64,000 nt of DNA from contig CAWBHS010000088.1 in the NCBI GenBank assembly GCA_963788655.1, positions 64,001 to 128,000 of the forward strand, read 5' to 3'. The translations under genes were made by a program, and so were the position numbers. Source of the DNA: an uncultured Verrucomicrobiae bacterium (GTDB taxonomy: Bacteria > Verrucomicrobiota > Verrucomicrobiia > Limisphaerales > JAFGQR01). The first letter of the stretch is position 1, and each line of letters opens with the position of its first letter. A model generated the notes under the pieces. That model worked only from the letters and a program-made list of their open reading frames with translations, was not told where the DNA came from and made no database searches. Below, one piece after another: positions 32,702 through 43,160 of this stretch.

Positions 32702-32715
32702 AAATGATCTTCGAG

Positions 32716-34480
32716 TCAGGCATGGTGGCGTTCTCGTTTCCGTTTCAATTCTTTCAGCAGGCTCTTCAACGGCAGCGTGTTGATGACATCGGCCTTGGTC
32801 AACCAGCCTTTGCGCGCGATGCCGGCGCCGAGACGGAGGAAACCGGCGTGTTCGTTGCGGTGGGCGTCGGGATTGATGACGCATTTGACGCCCTTGCTTT
32901 TGGCGTACGGCCAAAGCCGCCAGTCGAGATCGAAACGCCGCGGATTGCAGTTCAGTTCGATCCAAGTGCCCGTTTCAGCGCACGCGTCAATGACGGCGCG
33001 CTGGTTGACTTTATACGGTTCCCGTTCGAGCAGCAGCCGGCCAGTCAAATGGCCGAGCGTGTGGACATAAGGATTTTCCGCGACCTTGATCAAGCGTTTG
33101 GTCGTCTCGGCTTCGTTCTTCGAAAAGCCCTGGTGAATGCTGGCCACCACCACGTCCAGTTCGGCGAGCAGGTCATCGGGAAAATCCAGTTTGCCGTCCG
33201 TCAGAATATCCACTTCGGAACCCGTGAGAATGCGAATGTCCTTCCCGGCGGCGGCCAGCGTTTTGTTGAGTTGTTGGATTTCCTTGAGCTGCCGGCGCAA
33301 CCGGGCGGCGTCCAGCCCGTTGGCGACAAAGGAGGATTTCGAGTGATCGGTAATCGCCCAATACTCGAAGCCCAGGTCCTCCATGTAGTCGGCAATCTCC
33401 GCGAGGCTGCCGTGGCCATCGCTCCAGTCGGAATGGTTGTGCAAGGCCCCGCGCAGGTCCGTCCATTCGAGGAGTTGGGGGATCTGGCCTTGCTCGGCGG
33501 CGGCAAACTCGCCCTGGTCTTCGCGCAGTTCGGGCGGGACGTAGGCCAGTTCGAGTTGGTCGAAAATCTCTTCCTCCGTCTGGCACCGGACCAGCAGTTT
33601 GGGATCGCGGGTTTCCTCCTTGGATTTGAACAAACCGTATTCATTGAGCCGCAGTCCCCGCTGGATGGCCCGCTGGCGCATCACGATGTTGTGCTCCTTG
33701 CTGCCGGTGAAGTACGCCAGCGCAAACGGAAACTCCGCGTCACTGACCACGCGCAAATCCGCCTGGATGCCGCCTTCGAGAATCACGCTGGCCTTGGTGT
33801 CGCCTTTGGCGCTGATGCTCAAAATGCCCGGCTGGCTGGTGAAGTAGTCAATCACCGCGACCGGCTTTTTCGAGGACACCAGGAAGTCCACGTCACCAAT
33901 GATCTCCTTGTGCCGGCGCACACTGCCGGCGGGGCTGCAACGGATCACGTCCGGGTGTGCGCGCAGGCTTTCCAAAATCGGTTCCGCGACCACCAACGCG
34001 TCGCTCAGCAGATGGCGCGAGGCATACTGGCGCCGGAACGCAATGCCTTCGAGAATCTTGGTCTGCGTCTTTTCGCCGAAGCCCTCGATCACCGCGACCT
34101 GGCCAGCTTGGCAGGCGGCTTCCAATTCCTCGACGGTGGTGATCTTCGAGCACGTCACTCAGCTTCTTCACCTTCTTCGGCCCGAGCGCTGGGATTTCCA
34201 GCATCGCCACCAAGCCCGCCGGCACGGAGGCCTTCAGTTCGTCGTAGTAGGGCAGTTTGCCGGTTTGGACCAGTTCGGTAATTTTCTTTTGGATGCCTTC
34301 GCCAATGCCTTTGATTTCGCCCAATCGGTCTTCGGCAACGATCTTGTCCAACGGCTCGGCCAGACTTTCGAGCGTGCGGGCGGCATTGGCGTAGGCGCGA
34401 GTTTTAAACGGATTCTCGCCCTTGAGTTCGAGCAGGATGCCAATCTCACCCAAAATTTCGGCGACTTGATCTTTGTCCAT
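32716..34480 (-). CDS. polX: DNA polymerase X / PHP 3'-5' exonuclease; one frameshift near 34148
   Basis: N-terminal '[10 protein letters not shown]', HhH 'IKGIG' and 'IPALGPKK', catalytic 'GSVRR...GDVDF', 'YFTGSKEHN', PHP '[10 protein letters not shown]', 'ITDHS', 'INPDAH'. Confidence 0.9.
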
Positions 34481-34532
34481 GCGCCGCATGGTAAACCGCC
34501 GCGCCGGGGTGCAAAGCGTAAAATGGGCGGTC

Positions 34533-35525
34533 TTAGTCCGAGAGCCTGGCGGTCGCTCTGGTGCCGCGCAGCATTCGGGTCCGTGTCACCCAACGTTCCC
34601 AGTCGAAGCCAGTCCCTCGCGGCGGTTTCTTTTGAGCGATGCCAACCTGGCAACTTCCATCGAGCTTCAATGCCCAGTCCACTTGAAAGAACGCCAAGAT
34701 TCCACCGGCAAATTCAAGAGTCTTCGGCCAGCCAGGCGGCGGTTTGGCTCCGAAGAAATCCGCGTAAATCAACCAAACCCAAATCTGCCCGGCCGCCTGC
34801 TCCTTCAGCGGTCCGACGTGAATCGTGAATTCATCCGATTGAACGGCGCGGACGATCGTCTGTCCGTTGACCTTTGCGGTTATCCCTGAGGGATGCCACT
34901 CGGCGGAGACCAATGGCATCCGCTTGGTGTCTGCGGACTCGTGCTCGCCGCGTGCGTCGTATTTCCGAATCAGCACGGCAGCGAAATCATTGTCCACGCC
35001 TTTGCCCGGATCCACGCCGCCGTAACGCTCGACCCGCTCGATCCCTGGGAGCCGCAGCAAATACGACAAGTTCGGCCACAACCATTGGTGATCGGCATCC
35101 CACACGCGGACCTCCCGCATCCAGGAATACTCCGGAAAGGCCAGATGCGAATTCCAGAACTGCCGGGCGGCCTCGTCGTGGGGACGTTCCAATAGCACCG
35201 TAGGCCGTAGCACGCCGGCGTTGGTCGATGAGTCTGTCAGGCGTGTCACAAACCTTCCCTGCAAGAGGGGCCTGGTTGCCGGCCGGGAGGTGGAATGGAA
35301 ATCTTGTGGTGGCCAGTAAACCTGGAACGTCGTGGCTTTCTCCTCGTCGGCAAACCGATGGAACGTTTGCCAGCCCATGCCCGGATTGCCCAAGACGTCA
35401 TCAATCTCGCGCGGTTCAACCCGGACATGGCGAGCAGCGGATTCGGCGCCGCCTACGGGTGTGATTTGAAGCAAGGTGGTGACCATGACCGCCAACGTGA
35501 AGCCATTGAATCGGGCTGATTTCAT
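34533..35525 (-). CDS. hypothetical secreted protein
   Basis: signal-peptide-like N-terminus, long ORF with host-like codon usage. Confidence 0.6.
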   Translation of the reverse strand: MKSARFNGFTLAVMVTTLLQITPVGGAESAARHVRVEPREIDDVLGNPGMGWQTFHRFADEEKATTFQVYWPPQDFHSTSRPATRPLLQGRFVTRLTDSSTNAGVLRPTVLLERPHDEAARQFWNSHLAFPEYSWMREVRVWDADHQWLWPNLSYLLRLPGIERVERYGGVDPGKGVDNDFAAVLIRKYDARGEHESADTKRMPLVSAEWHPSGITAKVNGQTIVRAVQSDEFTIHVGPLKEQAAGQIWVWLIYADFFGAKPPPGWPKTLEFAGGILAFFQVDWALKLDGSCQVGIAQKKPPRGTGFDWERWVTRTRMLRGTRATARLSD

Positions 35526-35640
35526 GGGAGCCTTTGTGGAGCGTCCACGTCGGCAAAGCAAGCAGATCATGTTGTTCACGAGGGGGGCGGTGCCGCTCCA
35601 AGGTAATCATCCGGGTCCAGTTGCGCTTGGCCCCCGAACG

Positions 35641-35683
35641 TCGCGCCAGCGTTTGGAGTGCGTGGAGCTTGCTCCCGCTTTCG
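35641..35683 (+). repeat. REP singlet, GGAGTGCG family
   Basis: identical to 7112-7154. Confidence 0.85.
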
Positions 35684-35759
35684 GTTGTCGCCGGTTGAAA
35701 GTTGTGCGTGACCAATCTTCATCGACCGGTTCTAATCGCCTCCCGACGCGCATGGTATC

Positions 35760-36515
35760 ATGGTCGAGACACTCACGGCACACAATCTGGTCAAGCGATT
35801 CGACAGCGTAACCGCTGTGGATCACGTCAGTTTGAATGTGTGCGCCGGCGAAGTGGTGGGCTTGCTGGGCCCCAATGGCGCGGGCAAGACCACCACGTTG
35901 CGCGTGCTGGCCGGCATCCTTCAGCCCACCGACGGCCAGGTGTTCGTCAACGGTGCCGATCTGCGGGAAGCCCCGCTCGAGGCGAAACGGCACATCGGTT
36001 TTCTGTCCGGTGACACCCAATTGTACCAGCGACTCAGCCCACGCGAGGTGCTCCGTTATTTTGGCCGGCTTTATTTGTTGCCCGAAGCTGAGTTGAACCG
36101 TCGTATCGAACAGTTGGTCGAGGAATTGGAGATGGCGGCGTTTGCGGATCGTCCTTGCCGGACGTTGTCCTCGGGACAAAAACAGCGCGCCAACATTGCC
36201 CGCGCCTTTTTACACGATCCGGACGTGCTGATTCTCGACGAGCCCACCGCGGCGCTCGACGTGGTCAGCGGTCAATTCATCGTGGAAGCCATCCGCCGCA
36301 AACGGGCCGCTGGCCGGGCGGTGCTGTTTTCCACGCACATCATGAGCGAGGCGGAGAGCTTGTGCGACCGCATCTATTTTCTGCACCAGGGGCGGGTCAC
36401 CGATTGCGGTCCCGCCACGGACATCCTGGCACGAACCGGTTGCGCGAATTTGACGGACGCATTCTTGCACCATGTGCGGTCCACCGGCAATGCCGCCGCC
36501 CGGCCTGCGACTTAA
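35760..36515 (+). CDS. ABC transporter ATP-binding protein (NatA-like)
   Basis: Walker A GPNGAGKTT, signature LSSGQKQ, Walker B ILDEPT, 'STH'. Confidence 0.95.
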   Translation: MVETLTAHNLVKRFDSVTAVDHVSLNVCAGEVVGLLGPNGAGKTTTLRVLAGILQPTDGQVFVNGADLREAPLEAKRHIGFLSGDTQLYQRLSPREVLRYFGRLYLLPEAELNRRIEQLVEELEMAAFADRPCRTLSSGQKQRANIARAFLHDPDVLILDEPTAALDVVSGQFIVEAIRRKRAAGRAVLFSTHIMSEAESLCDRIYFLHQGRVTDCGPATDILARTGCANLTDAFLHHVRSTGNAAARPAT

Positions 36516-36534
36516 ATCGTTCCCTTGCTCTACC

Positions 36535-38676
36535 ATGCGCCTGCCGATTGTCTGGACCATTTTCCGCAAAGAAATCACCGAAGCCTTGCGCGATCGGTTG
36601 ACGCTGATGGTGGTCATCGGCTTGCCGATCCTCATCTATCCGCTGATGATCTTGAGCCTGGCCAAGCTCCAAAAAACGCAGGCACAGGCGGAGAAAGCAC
36701 AAGCCTCGGAAGTGACGATTTGGGGGCAGCCGCCGTCCGGCTTGCTCGACTCATTGAAACGCGCCAACCCGTTGTCGGTGGCAGTCTGGAAAGGCGCGCC
36801 TCCCACGGTCCGCCATGACCTGCAAACCGGCAAACTCCAACCGCCACCGCGGCTCGAGCGCACCAATCAAACCACCGCAGCGTCCGAAACCAATACGGAT
36901 GCCGACACCAAAGATCGCGCGCCGGAGGAAGCGGAAAGCGCGCTGCTCGACGGGGCGCGGGCGGTGCTGACCGGTCGCGAATTCGGCGCGGTGTTAATTC
37001 TTTGGCCCGGCTTTGAGCAAGCGTTGGTTTCCGACAAATTGGGCCAGGTTTCGATCTATTACGATTCGGTCCGTCCGGCATCCCGCCTGGCGCGGGATCG
37101 GTTGGTTGACGCACTGATGGCTTACCGGAAGGATCTGGTGCAGGCGCGCGAGGAGGCGCATTTGTTGCCCGCCGGATTTTCCCAAGCGGTGGAAATCCGG
37201 TCACGCAATCTCGCGCCAACCCAACGCCGGGCCGGGCAGCGATTGGGCATGCTGTTGCCGTTCGTGTTGATCATGCTCTCGGCCACCGGCGCGCTCTACG
37301 CCGCCATCGATTTGACCGCCGGCGAAAAGGACCGGGCCACGATGCAGACGCTGCTGTGCGCGCCCATCCGTTCACTGGAGATTGTGGCGGGCAAATTTCT
37401 GGCCGTGTGGTGCATCAGCCTCATTTCGGCCCTGGCCAACATGGCCAGTCTGGGCGCCACGGTAGCGCGCATGTCGGCCACGGCGGAATTGTTGACCCTG
37501 CCGCTGTCGAGCTATCTGCTGGCGTTTGCCCTGCTCCTGCCAGCGACGTTCATGGTCACGTCGTTTTTCCTCGCGGTAGCGGTGCTGGCCCGCGACGCCA
37601 AGGATGCCGGCAATTTCCTCGGCGCCACGTTGACCCTCCTGCTGATGCCGCTCGTCGTGGCAATGACGCCGGGCGTCGAACTCAATTCCTGGACTGCCTT
37701 TGTACCGCTGGTCAATATTTCCCTGCTCATCAAAGCCTTGTTCCTCAGTGAGGCAAAACCAGACGCCGTGTTCCTCACGCTGGTGTCGTCAGTAACCTAC
37801 GCGATGCTGGCGATGCTGTTTGCGGCGCGGGCGTTCGGGCGGGAACAAATTCTCCTCGGTGGACGAGCTTCGTTGCGGGCGGTGTTCCGTCCGGAGCGCA
37901 AGACCGGAGCGTTGCCCACACCGGGCCTGGCCCTGGCCTCGTTTGCGGGCATCCTCGTGTTGACGTTCTATGCCAGTCTGCTGCTGAAGCAAAGTGGTCT
38001 CGTTACCAGCTTGCTGGTCACGCAATACGGTTTCTTCCTGCTGCCGGTGGCGGCGTTGACGAGCTATTTGAAATTCCCGCTGGTGCGCACCTTCTCGTTG
38101 CGGGCGCCCTCTTGGCGCGGATGGCTGGCCGCCCTTTTGATCGGCGTTTCCGCCTGGGCAGCCATCGGCGGATTTGTCATCCGCTTGTTGCCGCCGCCCG
38201 AATCGTTGGTCAAAGCATTGAGCAAAATCGTGCTGCTGGGGGATGAACAAACGCCCGTGTGGATCGCCTGGTTGGTGGTGGCCATCACCCCGGCGATTTG
38301 CGAAGAACTGCTCTTCCGTGGCCTGATCTTATCGGCGTTGCGCCGGTTGGGGAATTGGCCGGCGCTGATCATTTCCTCGCTGCTGTTTGCGGTGGCGCAT
38401 GCCTCGATCTATCGGCTGTTGCCCACGTTCTTCCTGGGCCTGCTGCTCGGTTATGTCGTGTTGCGGACACGTTCGATTGCCAGCAGCATGACCATTCACG
38501 CTTTGAACAACGGCATCGCCGTGGCCCTGGCTCGCTATCCGGCGCTGGCCGGGTGGCTGCACCTCAACGATGCGACGTTTGTTCCCTGGTCGGTCACCTG
38601 GCCGGCGCTGGCGGTGCTGGCGATTGCGCTGCTGATGCTCAAACGCGGGCCGAGAATAATGACCAATGAGCAATGA
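36535..38676 (+). CDS. ABC-2 permease (NatB-like) fused to a CPBP/CAAX intramembrane protease domain
   Basis: 'IFRKEITEALRDR', 'AGEKDRATMQTLL'; CPBP motifs 'EELLFRG', 'FAVAH', 'HALNN'. Confidence 0.9.
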   Translation: MRLPIVWTIFRKEITEALRDRLTLMVVIGLPILIYPLMILSLAKLQKTQAQAEKAQASEVTIWGQPPSGLLDSLKRANPLSVAVWKGAPPTVRHDLQTGKLQPPPRLERTNQTTAASETNTDADTKDRAPEEAESALLDGARAVLTGREFGAVLILWPGFEQALVSDKLGQVSIYYDSVRPASRLARDRLVDALMAYRKDLVQAREEAHLLPAGFSQAVEIRSRNLAPTQRRAGQRLGMLLPFVLIMLSATGALYAAIDLTAGEKDRATMQTLLCAPIRSLEIVAGKFLAVWCISLISALANMASLGATVARMSATAELLTLPLSSYLLAFALLLPATFMVTSFFLAVAVLARDAKDAGNFLGATLTLLLMPLVVAMTPGVELNSWTAFVPLVNISLLIKALFLSEAKPDAVFLTLVSSVTYAMLAMLFAARAFGREQILLGGRASLRAVFRPERKTGALPTPGLALASFAGILVLTFYASLLLKQSGLVTSLLVTQYGFFLLPVAALTSYLKFPLVRTFSLRAPSWRGWLAALLIGVSAWAAIGGFVIRLLPPPESLVKALSKIVLLGDEQTPVWIAWLVVAITPAICEELLFRGLILSALRRLGNWPALIISSLLFAVAHASIYRLLPTFFLGLLLGYVVLRTRSIASSMTIHALNNGIAVALARYPALAGWLHLNDATFVPWSVTWPALAVLAIALLMLKRGPRIMTNEQ

Positions 38677-38851
38677 CCAAGCGCCAGAGAATGACCAATG
38701 GCCAATGACCAGCTCACAATGCAGCTACACTTCTTAGCTGGTAGCAGCGGACGTGAGTCCGCTCACTGTTTTCACCAACAACCTCCCAACGTCTGTTTGG
38801 GCTTTGGAACCTGGTCATTCTCTGGTGCTTGGTCATTGGACATTGGTCATT
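38658..38851. repeat. heptamer (AATGACC-type) tandem repeats forming a 40-bp inverted repeat between convergent genes; likely terminator-like hairpin
   Basis: 38658-38697 and 38812-38851 are reverse complements with 3 mismatches; a GTAG REP (GTAGCAGCGGACGTGAGTCCGCT) sits in the loop. Confidence 0.75.
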
Positions 38852-38869
38852 CGACGCCGGCTGGTGCAG

Positions 38870-41337
38870 TCACAACTTCCATTTCGCCCTGACTTCGGGC
38901 AACCAACGGTCCAACAGATCGCGGCAGTTGAGCACTTTTTCGGCAAGGTCGAGCGGGACGTAGTAATACTGGTTCGAGGCTTCAAAACCGAGACGGGAAT
39001 CGCGGCTCTGGAGCGCCGCCAGCCGTCGGGCCAGCGCCAGTTCTTCTTTGAGCAAGGTCGTCAGTAAGACGATTTGCGCGCGGGCGGCTTCCGGTTCTTT
39101 GGCGGCATCGAGTGCGCGGCGTGCCAGGACGAACCGGGCCTGGTTGGCGGCGCTGCGAAAGTGGATCGCCGCCGCTTCAGCGACGCTCAGTTCGCCTTGC
39201 AGAGATCGTTGTTCGGCGGGTGAAGTTTGGTTCGCTGCCGCGACCGTCTTCAACTTGGTCAAAGCGTTATCGAAGCCATCGGCGACTTTGGTGAGTTGCC
39301 CAATAAACACGTCGGGCGGATACACGGCGCGCCAGCCATCCAGGTCGTCGTAGGGGAAGCCAACCATCGTCGCGGCATAGCCGGTTGGTTTGGCCCAGAG
39401 CAGATTGGACGGTCCCGTCTGCAACGGTGCGCGATAAACCAACGCGGGGTGAAAGGGAAACTGGCTGAAGGCCGCGCTGAATTCCCGCCAAGCCGTGACC
39501 ATAGCCGCAGCGAGAGCCTGGCCGAAACGCCGTTCCGCGACGCGTTGCATCGCTTCCAGGGGAGTGAGGTCGGCCGAGTTCGCCACTTCGGCCACGACTT
39601 CGAGATTGGGCGACGGATAGCCGCCCAACGTCCAACCGAGCATCAGCCCATCCACCTTCGCCGCGCGCAAGTTGGCCGCATGTTGGGCCACGTTTTCGAG
39701 GGCGGGAATGTACGGCACGGCGGATAATTCCCAAGTATTCCCCGCTTGGATCTTGGCGATGGTTTTCAAGCCACGCTGGCGGGCCAACTCCCAATGCCGC
39801 CTGGCGCGCGGCCCCGGACCGATGGTGGAGATCGAGTATTCGCCGATCACACTTTTCACGCCGCCGCGTTCGATGGGCAGGCTCCATTCGCTAACGCTCA
39901 TTAGCGCGACCGCTGGGGGCAGTTGGGCGATGATGTCCGGCGCCCACGCGTCGTTCCAGCCCCAGTCCCAGACGATCAATGATGGGCCCTTGGCGGGCAG
40001 GGCCGGGGCGACAGAGCTGACTTGAGCTGGACGGTCAGCACGGTTTGGTTGCTGGTTTGCCGTCGAGGCTGGCAAAGCCTTGCCTTGCCCCAGTTGGATC
40101 CCCTCGTAGAACAACCGGTTGACTTCCGCAATCACGTCGGCGGGCGGACGTTTGCCGCACCGGGGACAACCTTTGCCCTGGTGGTGCGACCAGCAATTGG
40201 TCAGGTTTTCCGAGCCGCTGATCGTGAAGAAGCCGGCCAGATCGGGCACCGCGCGAACAATGGCTGCCACCGCTTCCCGCAAATATTGCTGCACCTCCGG
40301 ATGACTGGTGCAGAGCGCGGCATGATCCCCTTCACCCACGCCCTTCAATTCGGCGTGTTGCTGGAAGAATGCCTGGGGCATGGAGCGCGGTTCATTCAGA
40401 TACAGGTAAAGGCCAATGCCGTGACGCCGCGCCCGGGCAACGAGCGTTTGCAGGTTCTTTAGCCGCTCTTCGTGTCGGTTACTGAGGGATGGTTGCCACG
40501 GGAACCGGAAGAGTTTGTAGAGCACGGCCTGTAACCAAACCCCGTCCACGCCGGCGGTCGCGAGCCGGGCCAAGTAACCGTCGGGATACGGATCGGCTTC
40601 AGGCTCGAGCAACGGATCGCCGTACAGCGCGAAGTAGGAATAGCAGAAACGCGGCGTCAGGCGTGAGGATTGAACCACCGGCACCGGAGCGGCGGGCTTC
40701 GCCGAAAGGCGGGCGACAAAGCCGAACAATTCATCTTCGTGGTGATCCAGACCGTCAGGAAATTCCTCGCGAATGAGCCGTGCAATTTCCTTGGCACGAT
40801 TTCGGGCGGCGGTAGTGGGCGGCGCAAACTTGAGCGGTTCGCAGGCGGGTTTCAGGTTGCCCAATTTGATGAACAGAAAATCGTCTTCGCGCAACGTGTA
40901 GGCGAGCTGGTCCGGTGTCCAATCCAGCAATGCCAACAACTGCTCGTACGGCAGCAGGTGCCAGTTGCGTTTGATCACGGTGAGGTACGACCGGCGCTGC
41001 TGGTCTGAGGTGATTGGCGGTGGTTCGGGCAGGCCCATCGCTTTGCCCAATTGGAGAAGGTCGGATGTCGGGCGCCGATGGACGTGGCCATTCGCTCGAC
41101 GGGAACCAACGGCCAGTTTCGCCAGACAAACGCGTGCAGACGATCCGGGAAATGCGGCAACGGAACCGGAGGAGGCGCACTGCCTTTGGGGAGGGCAGCC
41201 ACCGAGAGCGTCGTGGCGCCGGGTGATGCGGGGCTGCTGGTCGCGGCGGACAGGAACCGCGGGGCAAACACCAGGCTGCTCGTGGTTGCGGTTACGGCTT
41301 TGACAAACTCTCTCCGGTTCATGTCATGGGCGTTCAT
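38870..41337 (-). CDS. Tat-exported hypothetical protein (glycoside-hydrolase-like TIM barrel?); frameshift near 41070
   Basis: twin-arginine motif 'MNRREFVKA' in ORF 40975-41553 continues into ORF 38870-41050 ('GVDGVWLQAVL', 'LYLYLNEPR'). Confidence 0.7.
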
Positions 41338-41465
41338 AAGCAGACATCTCAGTAAAAGCCGCACTACGCTGCAAGGACAATCGCAGGGAAACGAGAGGTG
41401 ACAGGTTGAAGCGTGGTAGGGCTGAAGGGTTGAAGGATGAAGTGCCGGCGAGATGCTTGCGCTAC

Positions 41466-41581
41466 GTAGGACAGCCGTCTCGGCTGTCCCGAACCATACA
41501 ATACGCTTCTTCTGCTTGCGGACGGGTTGCTTGCTGTTGAACGTTGGTTGCAATTCGAGACAGGCGGGACGCCTGTCCTAC
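41466..41581. repeat. GTAGGAC-family REP doublet
   Basis: GTAGGACAGCCGTCTCGGCTGTC ... GACAGGCGGGACGCCTGTCCTAC. Confidence 0.8.
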
Positions 41582-41741
41582 GGGCGCGCGTCGATGCCAT
41601 CTTCAGGCTTGGACCTTGGTCCTTCGCTGGGATTTGGCCATTGGGCATTGGGCCTTTTCGTTGGCCCATGGATGGTTCTCAGTTTTGACTATCTATCCCT
41701 TTGCGAAGCTGCTTTGCTGACGCCAATTGAAATTGCGCAGT

Positions 41742-42968
41742 ATGAGACAGATGTTGAAGAATTTGAACTGGCAGTATGGCGCGACACTGGTCCTGACCGG
41801 ATGGTTGGCCCTGGCGGTGACCGGGTGCGGGACGCGGAAGCAAGCCGACGCCGATCCGGCCGGGAATCCACCGGATCCGCTCGCAGTCACCGAGGGCGAG
41901 CCGTTGGTGATCGACGCGCCGGGGGGCAATGCCGCTGCCCCGGCCAAGCCGCTCAGCGAAGCGGACCAAGCCTGGCTGGATTTTCAGCAGGCCACAAAAA
42001 CGCCCGACCCGCCGGAGGCTTGGCAGGAAAAAAAGCCTTCGGACGAAGAAGTGGCCACGTTCAAACGCGGAGCCGCCAACCAATTGGTGCAGGCGGCCGA
42101 CAAAGCCAAGGATTTTTACACGCGCTTTCCCCAGCACGAACAGGCGGCGGAAGCGCATCGGCAGGAAATCGGTTTACTGAACTTTGCGGTGCAACTGGGC
42201 AACACCAACGTGTCGGCCCGTGTGGAACAACTTGAGGCCGCCCGCTTGAAGGATCCGGCATTGTCTGAGGATGACCGCCTGGAGTTACGGGTCCAGCAGT
42301 TGCAGCGGGTGATGGCGTCCAGCAACGAGACGAATAAAACGGCATCCTTGAAGGAATTGGAGCAAGGAGTTCGTGCGTTGCAGAAGGAATTTCCCCAACG
42401 TCCTGAGATTTGGGGTTTGATGCTGTTTGCCGCGGAGCGGTGGCTGGAAGCGAACGAAGGCGCCAGGGCCAGCGCGCTGGCGGCCGAGGTGGCGGCGGCG
42501 GACGTGGACGAAGAACTCAAAACCGGCGCGGCCGAGTTGCAGCGGCGGGCGGGCCGGTTGGGCAAACCGCTGGCGTTGAAATACACGGCGATCGACGGAC
42601 GCGAGGTGGATTTGCAGAAGATGCCCAACAAGGTGGTGCTGGTGGATTTTTGGGCCACCTGGTGCCGGCCATGCATGGCGGAGTTGCCCAACGTGAAAGC
42701 TGCTTACGAGAAACTTCATCCGAAGGGTTTTGAGATTGTCGGCATCAGCTTTGACAAAGAAAAAGCTGCCTTGGAACGGGTGGTGAAACAGGAGCAGATG
42801 GCCTGGCCCCAATACTTCGAGACTGGCACCGGCGAACACCAATTTGGTGAGACCTTCGATATTAGCAGCATTCCCACGATGTGGCTGGTGGACAAGAAGG
42901 GCGTGCTCCGGGATTTGAACGGTCGTGAGAACCTGGCGGCCAAGGTCGAAAAGCTGCTGGCCGAATAA
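41742..42968 (+). CDS. TlpA/ResA-family thiol-disulfide oxidoreductase lipoprotein
   Basis: lipobox LAVTGC; 'VDFWATWCRPC' CxxC motif; 'SIPTMWLVDK'. Confidence 0.9.
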   Translation: MRQMLKNLNWQYGATLVLTGWLALAVTGCGTRKQADADPAGNPPDPLAVTEGEPLVIDAPGGNAAAPAKPLSEADQAWLDFQQATKTPDPPEAWQEKKPSDEEVATFKRGAANQLVQAADKAKDFYTRFPQHEQAAEAHRQEIGLLNFAVQLGNTNVSARVEQLEAARLKDPALSEDDRLELRVQQLQRVMASSNETNKTASLKELEQGVRALQKEFPQRPEIWGLMLFAAERWLEANEGARASALAAEVAAADVDEELKTGAAELQRRAGRLGKPLALKYTAIDGREVDLQKMPNKVVLVDFWATWCRPCMAELPNVKAAYEKLHPKGFEIVGISFDKEKAALERVVKQEQMAWPQYFETGTGEHQFGETFDISSIPTMWLVDKKGVLRDLNGRENLAAKVEKLLAE

Positions 42969-43160
42969 GCGCCGGAACCGCGAATGCATCCAACGCAATC
43001 GCGCTGCGACCAAGCGGTTGGTAGGGCGAGACTCCGTCGAGCCGTGACTTCCCCGCCTTGCGACCGGACAAGGAAGCCGAACCCGTGGGAAGCCATCAAG
43101 CGTTTGAAGCTCTCCAAGAGACCATGCTCACGCGACAATACTGCGGGCGGTTTCCTGGAT

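Noticed and set aside
36535..38676. NatB-CPBP protease fusion as a novel architecture
   Set aside because: This fusion is an already recognised architecture in several phyla
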